Shown: positions 18,961-27,373 of the stretch, one piece after another | Layout: every line of letters starts with the position of its first letter | How positions within the stretch are numbered: the stretch's first letter is position 1 | IMG/VR virus record: IMGVR_UViG_3300021959_010405 | Coordinates: 32,001 to 96,000 of that record | Reading direction: 5' to 3' (one strand) | Length of the DNA: 64,000 nt | Source: a virus | Made by a program: the position numbers and the translations under genes | The notes under the pieces: generated by a model | Seen by the model: the letters and a program-made list of their open reading frames with translations, nothing else | What the model was told of the DNA's origin: nothing | Database searches by the model: none

Positions 18961-19644
18961 TCTATAAATGTAAAACAGTTAATGCTCGAATCATCTTTTG
19001 ATACATTTGAGCGAAACGCGCCTAACGTAAATACTCTAGAAGAGGCGTATGCAATTTTAGATATATATGAGATGTTAGAGGAAGCTGGGTTTTTTGGAGC
19101 TGTAAAAAATGTAGCTCGAGGGGCTGGTAATACCTTAAAGGCAGGAGCTACTAAATTAAAAGCCGGAGCTCAACAAGTCGGTGACGTGGTAAAATCGGGA
19201 GCTCAACAAGCTGGTAGTGCCTTAAAGGCAGGAGGTGCTGGATTGGCAGCTGGAGCTCAACAAGTTGGTTCAAATGTAGCCGATATGGCCCGGACTGGAG
19301 CTGCCGTCTCGCAAGGTCAACAAGTAATTAAACAAGCCGCTACAGCTGCACAACAAATTATTGATCTCGTAAACAAAGCAAAGCAAATCTCTCCAGAAAC
19401 ATTCACAGGCTCGCAAGGTCGTGAGCTCGCTCAAAATATATCAAATCTTCCGCTTATAAAAATAATGGATTATTTAGATGAACTAGCTGCAAATACCACC
19501 GCTGCAGCTACGGCCGCTAGTGATAAAGGAATATTTGGAGGGGCCGGCGCTGCTGCAAAGCAGGCCGCTTCTAATGAATATCAACAATCTCAGCAAGCAG
19601 CACAACCAGCAGCACAACCAGCTGCAGCTGCTCAACCAGCTTAA
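18922..19644 (+). CDS. Ala/Gly/Gln-rich amphipathic-repeat protein (start revised to 18922)
   Basis: TAAATA-N5-ATG; MNKDSELIFENYK leader; AGAQQ repeats. Confidence 0.75.
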   Translation: MNKDSELIFENYKSINVKQLMLESSFDTFERNAPNVNTLEEAYAILDIYEMLEEAGFFGAVKNVARGAGNTLKAGATKLKAGAQQVGDVVKSGAQQAGSALKAGGAGLAAGAQQVGSNVADMARTGAAVSQGQQVIKQAATAAQQIIDLVNKAKQISPETFTGSQGRELAQNISNLPLIKIMDYLDELAANTTAAATAASDKGIFGGAGAAAKQAASNEYQQSQQAAQPAAQPAAAAQPA

Positions 19645-19649
19645 TAAAT

Positions 19650-20411
19650 CTACAATAGGTTCTTAAAGGCGTAGACTTCGTATGGTATGAGGTCTACGCC
19701 TTTTTCTTTGTATACATCAATTAATCGCTTTTGATCCTTATATAAGCAAGGATCTGCATAACCAGCCTCTAGAAATCCTTGTAATCTTAGAGATGAGCTT
19801 GCAGTTGTGGACTCAGGTAATTTACCACCTTCGTAGCATGTCCAGGTTTCACTAAACATTACCTTGTTATTAATACCTTCTTGAACGATCTGAGCTTTAG
19901 ATAGATCTATAAGCGGCGCCTCTATCCTTATGGGATTATCTCTATTAAGATTTAATATATTATTAATAGAATCTAAAAATTCAGGCGAGCCATCCCAGTA
20001 TCCAGCAAGAGAATCTGCTTGAGCTGCACCATGCCATACTGTATCTGCTCCTACAGCTTCAGCGTGAGCAGCACATATACTCAAAAACATCATATTTCTG
20101 TTAGGTACATATGTTTTAGGCTGAGCTTCACCCATAATATCTCTAACGTTAGGGGTTTCTATACTATTGTTTGTTAGAGAGCTAGTAGGTGCGAGTTCTC
20201 TAAGAAAGTTAACATCTAATACCTTGTGATGAATATTTTTATTCTTTTTAAGGGCGTGTTTAATTTGCATATGAGCAAATTCTATCTCTTTTTTATGTCT
20301 CTGACCGTAATCAAACGTCAAACAATGAATAGAATCAAATTCATTGACTGCTTTATGTAGGAGAACAGAAGAATCCATGCCTCCAGATATTGGTAATACT
20401 AATTTATTCAT
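19650..20411 (-). CDS. queC: 7-cyano-7-deazaguanine synthase QueC (atypical Zn site)
   Basis: PP-loop SGGMDS, FDYGQRH.KE, TYVPNRN.MFLS, TWTCY. Confidence 0.9.
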   Translation of the reverse strand: MNKLVLPISGGMDSSVLLHKAVNEFDSIHCLTFDYGQRHKKEIEFAHMQIKHALKKNKNIHHKVLDVNFLRELAPTSSLTNNSIETPNVRDIMGEAQPKTYVPNRNMMFLSICAAHAEAVGADTVWHGAAQADSLAGYWDGSPEFLDSINNILNLNRDNPIRIEAPLIDLSKAQIVQEGINNKVMFSETWTCYEGGKLPESTTASSSLRLQGFLEAGYADPCLYKDQKRLIDVYKEKGVDLIPYEVYAFKNLL

Positions 20412-20421
20412 ATTGTGTTAA

Positions 20422-20610
20422 TTACCCAATTTTATATTCGTAATCTTGGAAATTGAAGCGTACGTATTTATTAGTGTAATAAATCTCTCGGTGTTTGACT
20501 CTATCGCAATGTGTCGTCCACTCACTTTCACCGATTTTTCTACCGGATATAGTTTTACCGTCTTTCGCTGCTTGTATAATCGCGATTTGTTCATCGTATG
20601 TATATTTCAT
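20422..20610 (-). CDS. small hypothetical protein
   Basis: 62-aa ORF filling the gap between the peptidase and queC. Confidence 0.5.
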   Translation of the reverse strand: MKYTYDEQIAIIQAAKDGKTISGRKIGESEWTTHCDRVKHREIYYTNKYVRFNFQDYEYKIG

Positions 20611-20615
20611 TCGTT

Positions 20616-21374
20616 CTATGGTAATTTAGGGTCTAGACTCCAAGCTTCAACTACATGTTGTTTAACATAATCCCACGACATTTTAAAGGTACCATTATCG
20701 CCCCATAGATTTGACCAGGAATTTACCAATGTAATACCGCTTTCGTCAACTTCATCAACATAAACCCAATGGTAGCCCACTACAGGGTCGCTAGGGCCTG
20801 GCATTAAAAGCTCTCCAGTATTTTTAGTATGTATCTCGAAGGATTTATGAACTGCCATGGTTATTCCTACTGGTAGTTTTTCCTCTCCAATACAATAAAA
20901 GAAGTCATTTACAATGTTATCAAAATTTTTTTTATTGAAGTCAAATCTTTTATACCCTTTAAATTTAATAAGCTTGTCCTCACCTATTTCAGGTGGAGAT
21001 TCATTAAAGTTTTCAGGCTTCCATTCTACATCTTCGCATGTACCGATTTTAACTAAATTTTTAAAGACATCACGGGGATATGCTCCACTATTTTGTGTCT
21101 CCCAACCATTAGCTTTCCTCGCCCAATACCAAATCCAATATGGACTAAAATCTATACTATCAGTGGTAAGACGCTTATATAAGGTATGAAGCATTCCTGC
21201 CGTACCATGACCAGTACACGATCCCCATGTCCCTTGATCTAAAATTTTACCTCTATATTCTTTGAGAGAAGCTTTTTTCTTACTTGTACTACCCGCCTTA
21301 TATAAAATATCTCTACTATCTGGTAGAGATGGTAATACATATGAATATTTGTTTCTAAGTTTTGATAATTTCAT
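20616..21374 (-). CDS. papain-like cysteine peptidase (C1 family)
   Basis: DQGTWGSC (oxyanion Q, catalytic C), GYHWV (H), NSWSNLWGDNG (N). Confidence 0.9.
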   Translation of the reverse strand: MKLSKLRNKYSYVLPSLPDSRDILYKAGSTSKKKASLKEYRGKILDQGTWGSCTGHGTAGMLHTLYKRLTTDSIDFSPYWIWYWARKANGWETQNSGAYPRDVFKNLVKIGTCEDVEWKPENFNESPPEIGEDKLIKFKGYKRFDFNKKNFDNIVNDFFYCIGEEKLPVGITMAVHKSFEIHTKNTGELLMPGPSDPVVGYHWVYVDEVDESGITLVNSWSNLWGDNGTFKMSWDYVKQHVVEAWSLDPKLP

Positions 21375-21727
21375 ACACCTTCAAATGATAAATTTAAAAA
21401 TAAATCAATAGACTTAACAACAATTGTACGATCTTTACCTGCTGCCCATTTGTTGATAGCACTATATTTAATTTTATTAATGTTACCTTTCAAGTAATCT
21501 TCCCTATAGCTTGTAATTAAATCCTTATCACGTGTAATATATACGAGTTCAGTTAAATATTTAGCCTTAATAAAACTCTCACTGGATGCAGGGGGTTCTA
21601 CATCATGAGAACGATTTACAATTGCACAGCTTGTAACTAATACAAAAGGCAGTATAAATATCAATAGTTTTTTACTAAAATTCGTTAGCATATAATTCCT
21701 TCTCATCATTTTCTTGATCTTTATCAT
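21371..21727 (-). CDS. putative lipoprotein
   Basis: KK + hydrophobic run LLIFILPFVLV + lipobox-like VTSC; probable start at MLTNFSKK. Confidence 0.6.
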   Translation of the reverse strand: MIKIKKMMRRNYMLTNFSKKLLIFILPFVLVTSCAIVNRSHDVEPPASSESFIKAKYLTELVYITRDKDLITSYREDYLKGNINKIKYSAINKWAAGKDRTIVVKSIDLFLNLSFEGV

Positions 21728-21884
21728 CTATTAAAATTATTATCTCTTGATTTTTTTTAATTGTTTTAATTAATTTTTTAAATAATTTCTCTTGGGTTTT
21801 ATTTAATAAAGTTATACCACCATTCGAAACGGCTTCCATCGTCTCAATTAAGTCGTCCTGCAAAAAATATTTTTTAAGCTTCAT
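21675..21884 (-). CDS. small hypothetical protein
   Basis: 69-aa ORF overlapping the uvsX stop. Confidence 0.5.
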   Translation of the reverse strand: MKLKKYFLQDDLIETMEAVSNGGITLLNKTQEKLFKKLIKTIKKNQEIIILIDDKDQENDEKELYANEF

Positions 21885-23004
21885 CCTTTACAACATCTCC
21901 GGTTTCGCTCTCTACAATCTCTTCAGGAACCTCTTCTTCTCCCTCCTCTAGATTACTGTACATCCATTCTGATTTAATTCTTTCTTCTAGTCTAGGTATA
22001 ATAGTCTCTTCCCAGAGATCAACATCCTTTCGAAAGTTTTTATAATATCCGATTTTTTTACCATCCTCTAACTGGTAAGTAGATCCAGTCTGTATCAAAA
22101 CACCTAAACCTACAGCAATATCTAATAGACCATAAAATCTGTCTAGACCTTTTGAGAAGGATAGGTACATCTCTCCTTCGAGATATTGCTTTAAAAAACG
22201 ATTTTTTCTTGTAAGAGCTCTAATAATAATACCAGAATATTTTTTCTGACTTACAGCAAGTTTACCATCACTGATCTTACCACCATCCTCCTTCATAGGT
22301 TTGCGAGCTAGCTGGACTGTTACAGATGGCAGATATACAACCGATTTGCCTCCAGGCATATTTTTCTCAATTGATGGAAACATTGCAGATGGGTCATCGT
22401 ATACATGGTTAGTAAGCAATACAGTTGTTTGTGTTGTAGCACCTAAATTAGTACATGTTTGAAGTAATGATTTAATTGCTCTAGCTTTAGTACCCATATC
22501 GACTGCGGTACTCTCTTTATTCATTCGATTTAACTCAAGCTCGGATTGAAGATTCCCTAATGAATCTACTGCGATAATAAACTTACCTTCAAGCCCCTTT
22601 TCTTTAATAGCTTCGAATAATTTATAAATAGCATTTCTTGTTTGTTCAATACTAGAACATGGTACATATTTTACATTTGAAATATCTAGACCAATCCTCT
22701 CAGCGGATTCCGGGTCGATCGCGTTCTCAGTATCAAATACGACTGGTATAAGACCTTCCTTTTGTGCATTAGCAAGAATCTTCATAACAAATAATGACTT
22801 ACCAGTCATCGACTCACCCGCTAACATAGTCACTCGACCTTTGGGAATGCCTCCATTTACAGAACCAGAAATTATTGAATTTAATACATATGATCCTGTA
22901 TCGATCCAGCCCTTTACCAGACTAAGGGAAGAGTTATCCAAGTAAGATGCGAAAGGGTTAATTTCGTCAATCTCATCTAATGCGCTTTTTATATCTTTAT
23001 CCAT
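21874..23004 (-). CDS. uvsX: RecA-like recombinase UvsX
   Basis: WIDTGSY, GESMTGKS, FDTENA, VDSLGNL, PGG. Confidence 0.93.
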   Translation of the reverse strand: MDKDIKSALDEIDEINPFASYLDNSSLSLVKGWIDTGSYVLNSIISGSVNGGIPKGRVTMLAGESMTGKSLFVMKILANAQKEGLIPVVFDTENAIDPESAERIGLDISNVKYVPCSSIEQTRNAIYKLFEAIKEKGLEGKFIIAVDSLGNLQSELELNRMNKESTAVDMGTKARAIKSLLQTCTNLGATTQTTVLLTNHVYDDPSAMFPSIEKNMPGGKSVVYLPSVTVQLARKPMKEDGGKISDGKLAVSQKKYSGIIIRALTRKNRFLKQYLEGEMYLSFSKGLDRFYGLLDIAVGLGVLIQTGSTYQLEDGKKIGYYKNFRKDVDLWEETIIPRLEERIKSEWMYSNLEEGEEEVPEEIVESETGDVVKDEA

Positions 23005-23015
23005 ATACTACAAAT

Positions 23016-23043
23016 AGTATAATATATATTTTAAATTAGTCCA
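23016..23043 (-). promoter_or_regulatory. sigma70-like promoter TGGACT-N16-TATACT
   Basis: Immediately downstream of the terminator and upstream of uvsX. Confidence 0.5.
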
Positions 23044-23072
23044 TAAAAAAAGCCCCCGTAGGGGGGCTTTTT
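23044..23072. terminator. intrinsic terminator (bidirectional geometry)
   Basis: A-run, GCCCCC-gtag-GGGGGC stem, T-run; gives a T7 tail on the minus strand after the gp43 operon. Confidence 0.9.
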
Positions 23073-23095
23073 AATTATTTATTTTATATTATTTT

Positions 23096-23515
23096 TTATT
23101 CATCAAAAAGTTTGATCACCTTTTCACTATTATCTGGTGTTACAATTTTTGATTCTGGAACTAGTCCGAAAGTTCTATTGTATTGCTGTAAGAGTCTTTC
23201 ATCCAGCTCAATAGGTTTATTACTTACCGTAATATCACTTTTATTAAAAACCCACTCAGTACCTGTATCGCGCTGATCCGAACTTAGCAGCTCTGAAAAC
23301 CATACTGGGAAAAGCTGTACTTGAATTTGACCATCTTGAGTTGGTTGAAGGTGAACCGATGCAGGATTTCTCACTACGAGGGTTTTGGTATTTTCGCTAA
23401 CTAGCTGGCCAATAATTGATCTTTGACCATCAATAAAGGAAACTAAATCTTTTGCTTCGACTGGTGTTTTTTCACTCATATATGTATATTTTATATTAAC
23501 TTTTGTATTATTCAA
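23096..23515 (-). CDS. hypothetical protein (Sm-like small phage protein)
   Basis: IIGQL...LVVRNPA...QVQLFP pattern resembles small proteins next to gp43 in T4-like phages. Confidence 0.6.
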   Translation of the reverse strand: MNNTKVNIKYTYMSEKTPVEAKDLVSFIDGQRSIIGQLVSENTKTLVVRNPASVHLQPTQDGQIQVQLFPVWFSELLSSDQRDTGTEWVFNKSDITVSNKPIELDERLLQQYNRTFGLVPESKIVTPDNSEKVIKLFDE

Positions 23516-26121
23516 GAAAATAATTCAAATAAATCACAACGAATCTGCTCGTTAGGCTTTCTTGCCACCCAATTTACGCGTTTGTAGAATCGCTCAACAA
23601 CGCTAAAAACAATTTTGTTAAACATTTTTTCATAATCAACCTTAAATAGATCTTTCATCTGACTAGGAAGTTCATCCTTAAACCCGATAACTGAGACCCC
23701 ATACTTATTTGCTGGCTGGACATACATCCAGCGAATTTTATCGCCCGTGTTTACCGGCTCATATTCGGTATCAATTGAAAGATCTTTAAGGATATTATTA
23801 TAATAGTAACCCGCTTTTGCATGAACTGGCATGCCTTTACATGTTTGAAATCCATTGCATTTTCTTACATACTCATCAAACGATGATAATCCCACAACAA
23901 AGGATATATCTTCAACTGGTAGCGAAGTAAAAATATCATATGCTTCTTTAACGGCTTTATCCGTCTCAGCTTGAGACCTTTTCATTAACATCGTCTCAAT
24001 AATATTTTTTACATAAGGCTTTACCGGATCGGGCATTGTTGTTCTTACAACTTCAACTCCGGTATACTTAAACTTATTAACCTTTACATCCTCATCATCT
24101 AGAATATGCATTGCATATCGTTTTTTCTCTAAAAATAAGCTAACATCGCTTATTACTTCCCTTTTAAATACAAGTCTACAATCTTGAGAGTTGAAAGATT
24201 TAATAGCCCATTCTGTTATGTTTTTGTTTAGATAATCTGTTAGTTCCTCACTGTACTTATAAACGTCGCTAGATAAATTACCATTTTCATCTGCAAACTC
24301 TTTTATAATCCCACTATCTACTAGAGACTTAATCGATATATAACACGAATCAGTATCATTATATACAACCGGGTCATTATGTTTTAAATAATCATCTGAT
24401 ATATTGGTCTTTTCTTTAAGATAGTTTTTAGCTAAAACGTTGGATTGTTTAATAACAGCTTGACCCGAAAGTGTAATACTACTAGCGATGTCATCATCTC
24501 CAATAGGCGAATGTTTATTACCGAAATACCCATATGCGCTATTAATAAGAACTTTAATTGTCAATTGCTTAGTATCGAGTCTATTAATTGTAAATTTAAG
24601 TTCTTGCTTCCTGTTTTCGCTATCAATATCAGTTTTATCTTGTAAGCTAACTAATTCTAAAGTAGCTTTACGAAGATCGTCCTTAACCTCTACTCGCTTG
24701 TTGTAATAAAAGTCTACCATCTCTGGCATAATACCTTTAGTTTTCTGAGAAAATAAAATACCTGCTTTCGATATCGCTAAACTTTCTTTCTTAACTAGTT
24801 GACCAAATTGAGCAGGGGTTAAATCAAACGTTTCTCCGTTTACGTACCTTACTACCACTTTACTCGAGTCATGAGAGACGATCTTACCAACTTTAGTCTC
24901 CGGAGACATGTTAAGAGAAATCATTAGGTTGGGATATAGGGAGTTAGCATCAAATGATACCACATACTGCTGAAAACCCTCTAAAGGTTCGCCTACGAAT
25001 GCACCTGGATTCTTACCAGAGTCTTCATGTCTAACAAACGTTGCAATCTTTTGATTCCGGTCACGTGCTCTAATAGTAGCCGCTCCATTGATAACAGCAA
25101 CAGCGCCCATTGCAGCTTCGAACGTAGTCAATCCAACGTATGCTAACATTCGAATCAACTCCATATATCGCAATTCTTCATCTAGCCTTTGGAGCAGAAA
25201 AACGTCGTGTATGTTATATTCAACAAACGTTTGCCAGTCTTGCGCACATAAATCAGCAATGTGCATATTGCCGTATTCGATTTTTTTCTCCCCGATTTCA
25301 ATTTGAGCAATATTATCTAATTTATATGAATCACGATTTTTTAATTGAAATCTTTTGTATACATCAAGATAATCTAAACAAGAAATGCCATCAATAAACC
25401 ATCTTACTGAATTTTTACCGAATGCTCCTCTAATAGCTCTATTATAAACATTTCCAGTAGGTGATAATCTGCGAACATGCTCCTCACCCATTACGTTATG
25501 AATTCGGTTTATAATGTAAGGTATATCGAAGCCAGCTGAGTTCCACCCAGATATAATATCCGGATAGTCTGCTTCTAGAAACGTTAGCATTTTGTCAATA
25601 AGCTCAATCTCCGTCTTACAGTTGTAATATGTAAGTTCAGATGGATCAAACTTCGAGGAATCAAACTCCCCTACCCCCCATACGTGCTTATGCTTCTCGA
25701 TAGTATCATAGATAGTTACTACGTTGATTGGGTGCACTGCCTCTTCAGGGTCTGGAAACTCATCCCGAGCTACAGCCTCAATATCAATAAACTGTACCTT
25801 GAGAGGCATCGATGAAAACTCGGGCAGCTCATTATCCTGCCAGTATTCATCAATTAAGAACTGCTGATATGTTGGAAGATTTTCAAATAATCTTCTTATA
25901 CCGGTATCACGAATAAACCTTGTTCTTTCATACTGATTATTGAATACCTTCTTACGTACTTTAGTTTTATATATAGAAACTTCGTCTCCATTTTTGTCCT
26001 CGATATATACGTACGGTCTATATGGCTGAGTATACGAGGTGCGATTTCCTTGAGCGTCCCATGTCCATACTTTAACTTCTTTAGTCCGCGGTATGTATGA
26101 AATATTTCTATATCCTATCAT
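23512..26121 (-). CDS. gp43: family B DNA polymerase (gp43)
   Basis: Exo DIE, GWNSAGFDIPY, YNIHDV; Pol SFDANSLYP, KVLINSAYG, YNDTDS, KKRY; no intein evident. Confidence 0.97.
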   Translation of the reverse strand: MIGYRNISYIPRTKEVKVWTWDAQGNRTSYTQPYRPYVYIEDKNGDEVSIYKTKVRKKVFNNQYERTRFIRDTGIRRLFENLPTYQQFLIDEYWQDNELPEFSSMPLKVQFIDIEAVARDEFPDPEEAVHPINVVTIYDTIEKHKHVWGVGEFDSSKFDPSELTYYNCKTEIELIDKMLTFLEADYPDIISGWNSAGFDIPYIINRIHNVMGEEHVRRLSPTGNVYNRAIRGAFGKNSVRWFIDGISCLDYLDVYKRFQLKNRDSYKLDNIAQIEIGEKKIEYGNMHIADLCAQDWQTFVEYNIHDVFLLQRLDEELRYMELIRMLAYVGLTTFEAAMGAVAVINGAATIRARDRNQKIATFVRHEDSGKNPGAFVGEPLEGFQQYVVSFDANSLYPNLMISLNMSPETKVGKIVSHDSSKVVVRYVNGETFDLTPAQFGQLVKKESLAISKAGILFSQKTKGIMPEMVDFYYNKRVEVKDDLRKATLELVSLQDKTDIDSENRKQELKFTINRLDTKQLTIKVLINSAYGYFGNKHSPIGDDDIASSITLSGQAVIKQSNVLAKNYLKEKTNISDDYLKHNDPVVYNDTDSCYISIKSLVDSGIIKEFADENGNLSSDVYKYSEELTDYLNKNITEWAIKSFNSQDCRLVFKREVISDVSLFLEKKRYAMHILDDEDVKVNKFKYTGVEVVRTTMPDPVKPYVKNIIETMLMKRSQAETDKAVKEAYDIFTSLPVEDISFVVGLSSFDEYVRKCNGFQTCKGMPVHAKAGYYYNNILKDLSIDTEYEPVNTGDKIRWMYVQPANKYGVSVIGFKDELPSQMKDLFKVDYEKMFNKIVFSVVERFYKRVNWVARKPNEQIRCDLFELFS

Positions 26122-27350
26122 CGATTAAATTTCGATAACATTATACGACCTGGATCACCATAAGGCAAATTAAAAAGTTCTAAAAAGCAATCTAAATTTT
26201 CATCTCGTTCGAGAAATCTTTTTTCCGCTACCTTATATCGACTAACAGCCTCTGATTTATATTTTCTACCATTAGATAGAGTCTGTTCAATTTTTTTGAT
26301 CATGTCATCTCCATCACTAAACTTAATAGGTGCATCTTTATATGTGCACATATCTTGACATGCAATAGGTATACCGAGAGCACAAGCCTCGATATATTTT
26401 AGATCACTTTTCGCTCTATTAAAGTTATTATCAACTAATGGGGCTACTGCCATTTGAATTTCAAGATCGTTTAATTTCTCAGGGTATAAATAAATTTGCT
26501 GCCATGGATGGAACTCTATCTCTCCAGACTGTACGTATGGTCTAAGTGCAATAGGAAATGCTCCTACAAATACCCATTGAAATCTCTTACGTGTTTTAAT
26601 TACAGCTTCTATAACGTGATTAAAATCATCCCGTTGTTTATCTTTATTATCAACATCGAAATGTGCTCCTGAACCGGCATATAGTATTCGAGGTTTATTC
26701 TGATGCTTTTTATAAAGCTGAGTTACTCTTTTCTCATTAAAGAAATTGCCAATCCAAAACTTAGGTGGAAAGTTAGGTATAACTGTAACCTCCTCTTTAC
26801 CTGTTTTTTCTCTATAATAATCACGCATAAACTCACATGTGCATGTAATTTCATCGCACAACTTCATTATTTCGAGAGAAGATTCTCTTATTTCGTCGCT
26901 TTCAAATGCAAACTTAAATTTATTATAATCAGGAATATCCTCCCGAAATATAATATCATCAATTTCATAAACAATCCTACAGCCTACCCTGGGCTGTATT
27001 TCTTTCTTCAAAAATTTTACAAACTCTAATTGATTTTTTGTAGCCTGGCGCTGTACTCGAATAACTTTTACATTTGTATAAAATTCAGGATTAGTAATCA
27101 TTACTGATGAATTTTGTACTAATGCTTTATTGTGTACATTTAATAAATGCTCAGGCCATAACATTCTCCATAAACCGCAACCACTATAGTCAGCTAAATA
27201 GTTAATACAGCGAGGTAAATCCGTGGGGTCTCCGGACTGCTTGGGAGGGGGCTTGGGTCGGGAGAAGTTTGATTCTCCAGATGGTAGATGTGGGGGACCA
27301 TATGGAGACGAAAACGGAGATGAAAACGGGAGACCCTGATTGGTAATCAT
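26118..27350 (-). CDS. glycosyltransferase (GT-B-like)
   Basis: IVYEIDD, NFNRAKSDLKYIEACALG; Pro-rich N-terminus; stop overlaps the gp43 start. Confidence 0.8.
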   Translation of the reverse strand: MITNQGLPFSSPFSSPYGPPHLPSGESNFSRPKPPPKQSGDPTDLPRCINYLADYSGCGLWRMLWPEHLLNVHNKALVQNSSVMITNPEFYTNVKVIRVQRQATKNQLEFVKFLKKEIQPRVGCRIVYEIDDIIFREDIPDYNKFKFAFESDEIRESSLEIMKLCDEITCTCEFMRDYYREKTGKEEVTVIPNFPPKFWIGNFFNEKRVTQLYKKHQNKPRILYAGSGAHFDVDNKDKQRDDFNHVIEAVIKTRKRFQWVFVGAFPIALRPYVQSGEIEFHPWQQIYLYPEKLNDLEIQMAVAPLVDNNFNRAKSDLKYIEACALGIPIACQDMCTYKDAPIKFSDGDDMIKKIEQTLSNGRKYKSEAVSRYKVAEKRFLERDENLDCFLELFNLPYGDPGRIMLSKFNR

Positions 27351-27373
27351 TGATATTATTTAAACTCCTTTAT

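Noticed and set aside
23512-26121. Intein or intron in the DNA polymerase; YNDTDS as an inactivating change
   Set aside because: The 869-aa length and motif spacing are normal and both catalytic Asp residues are retained.
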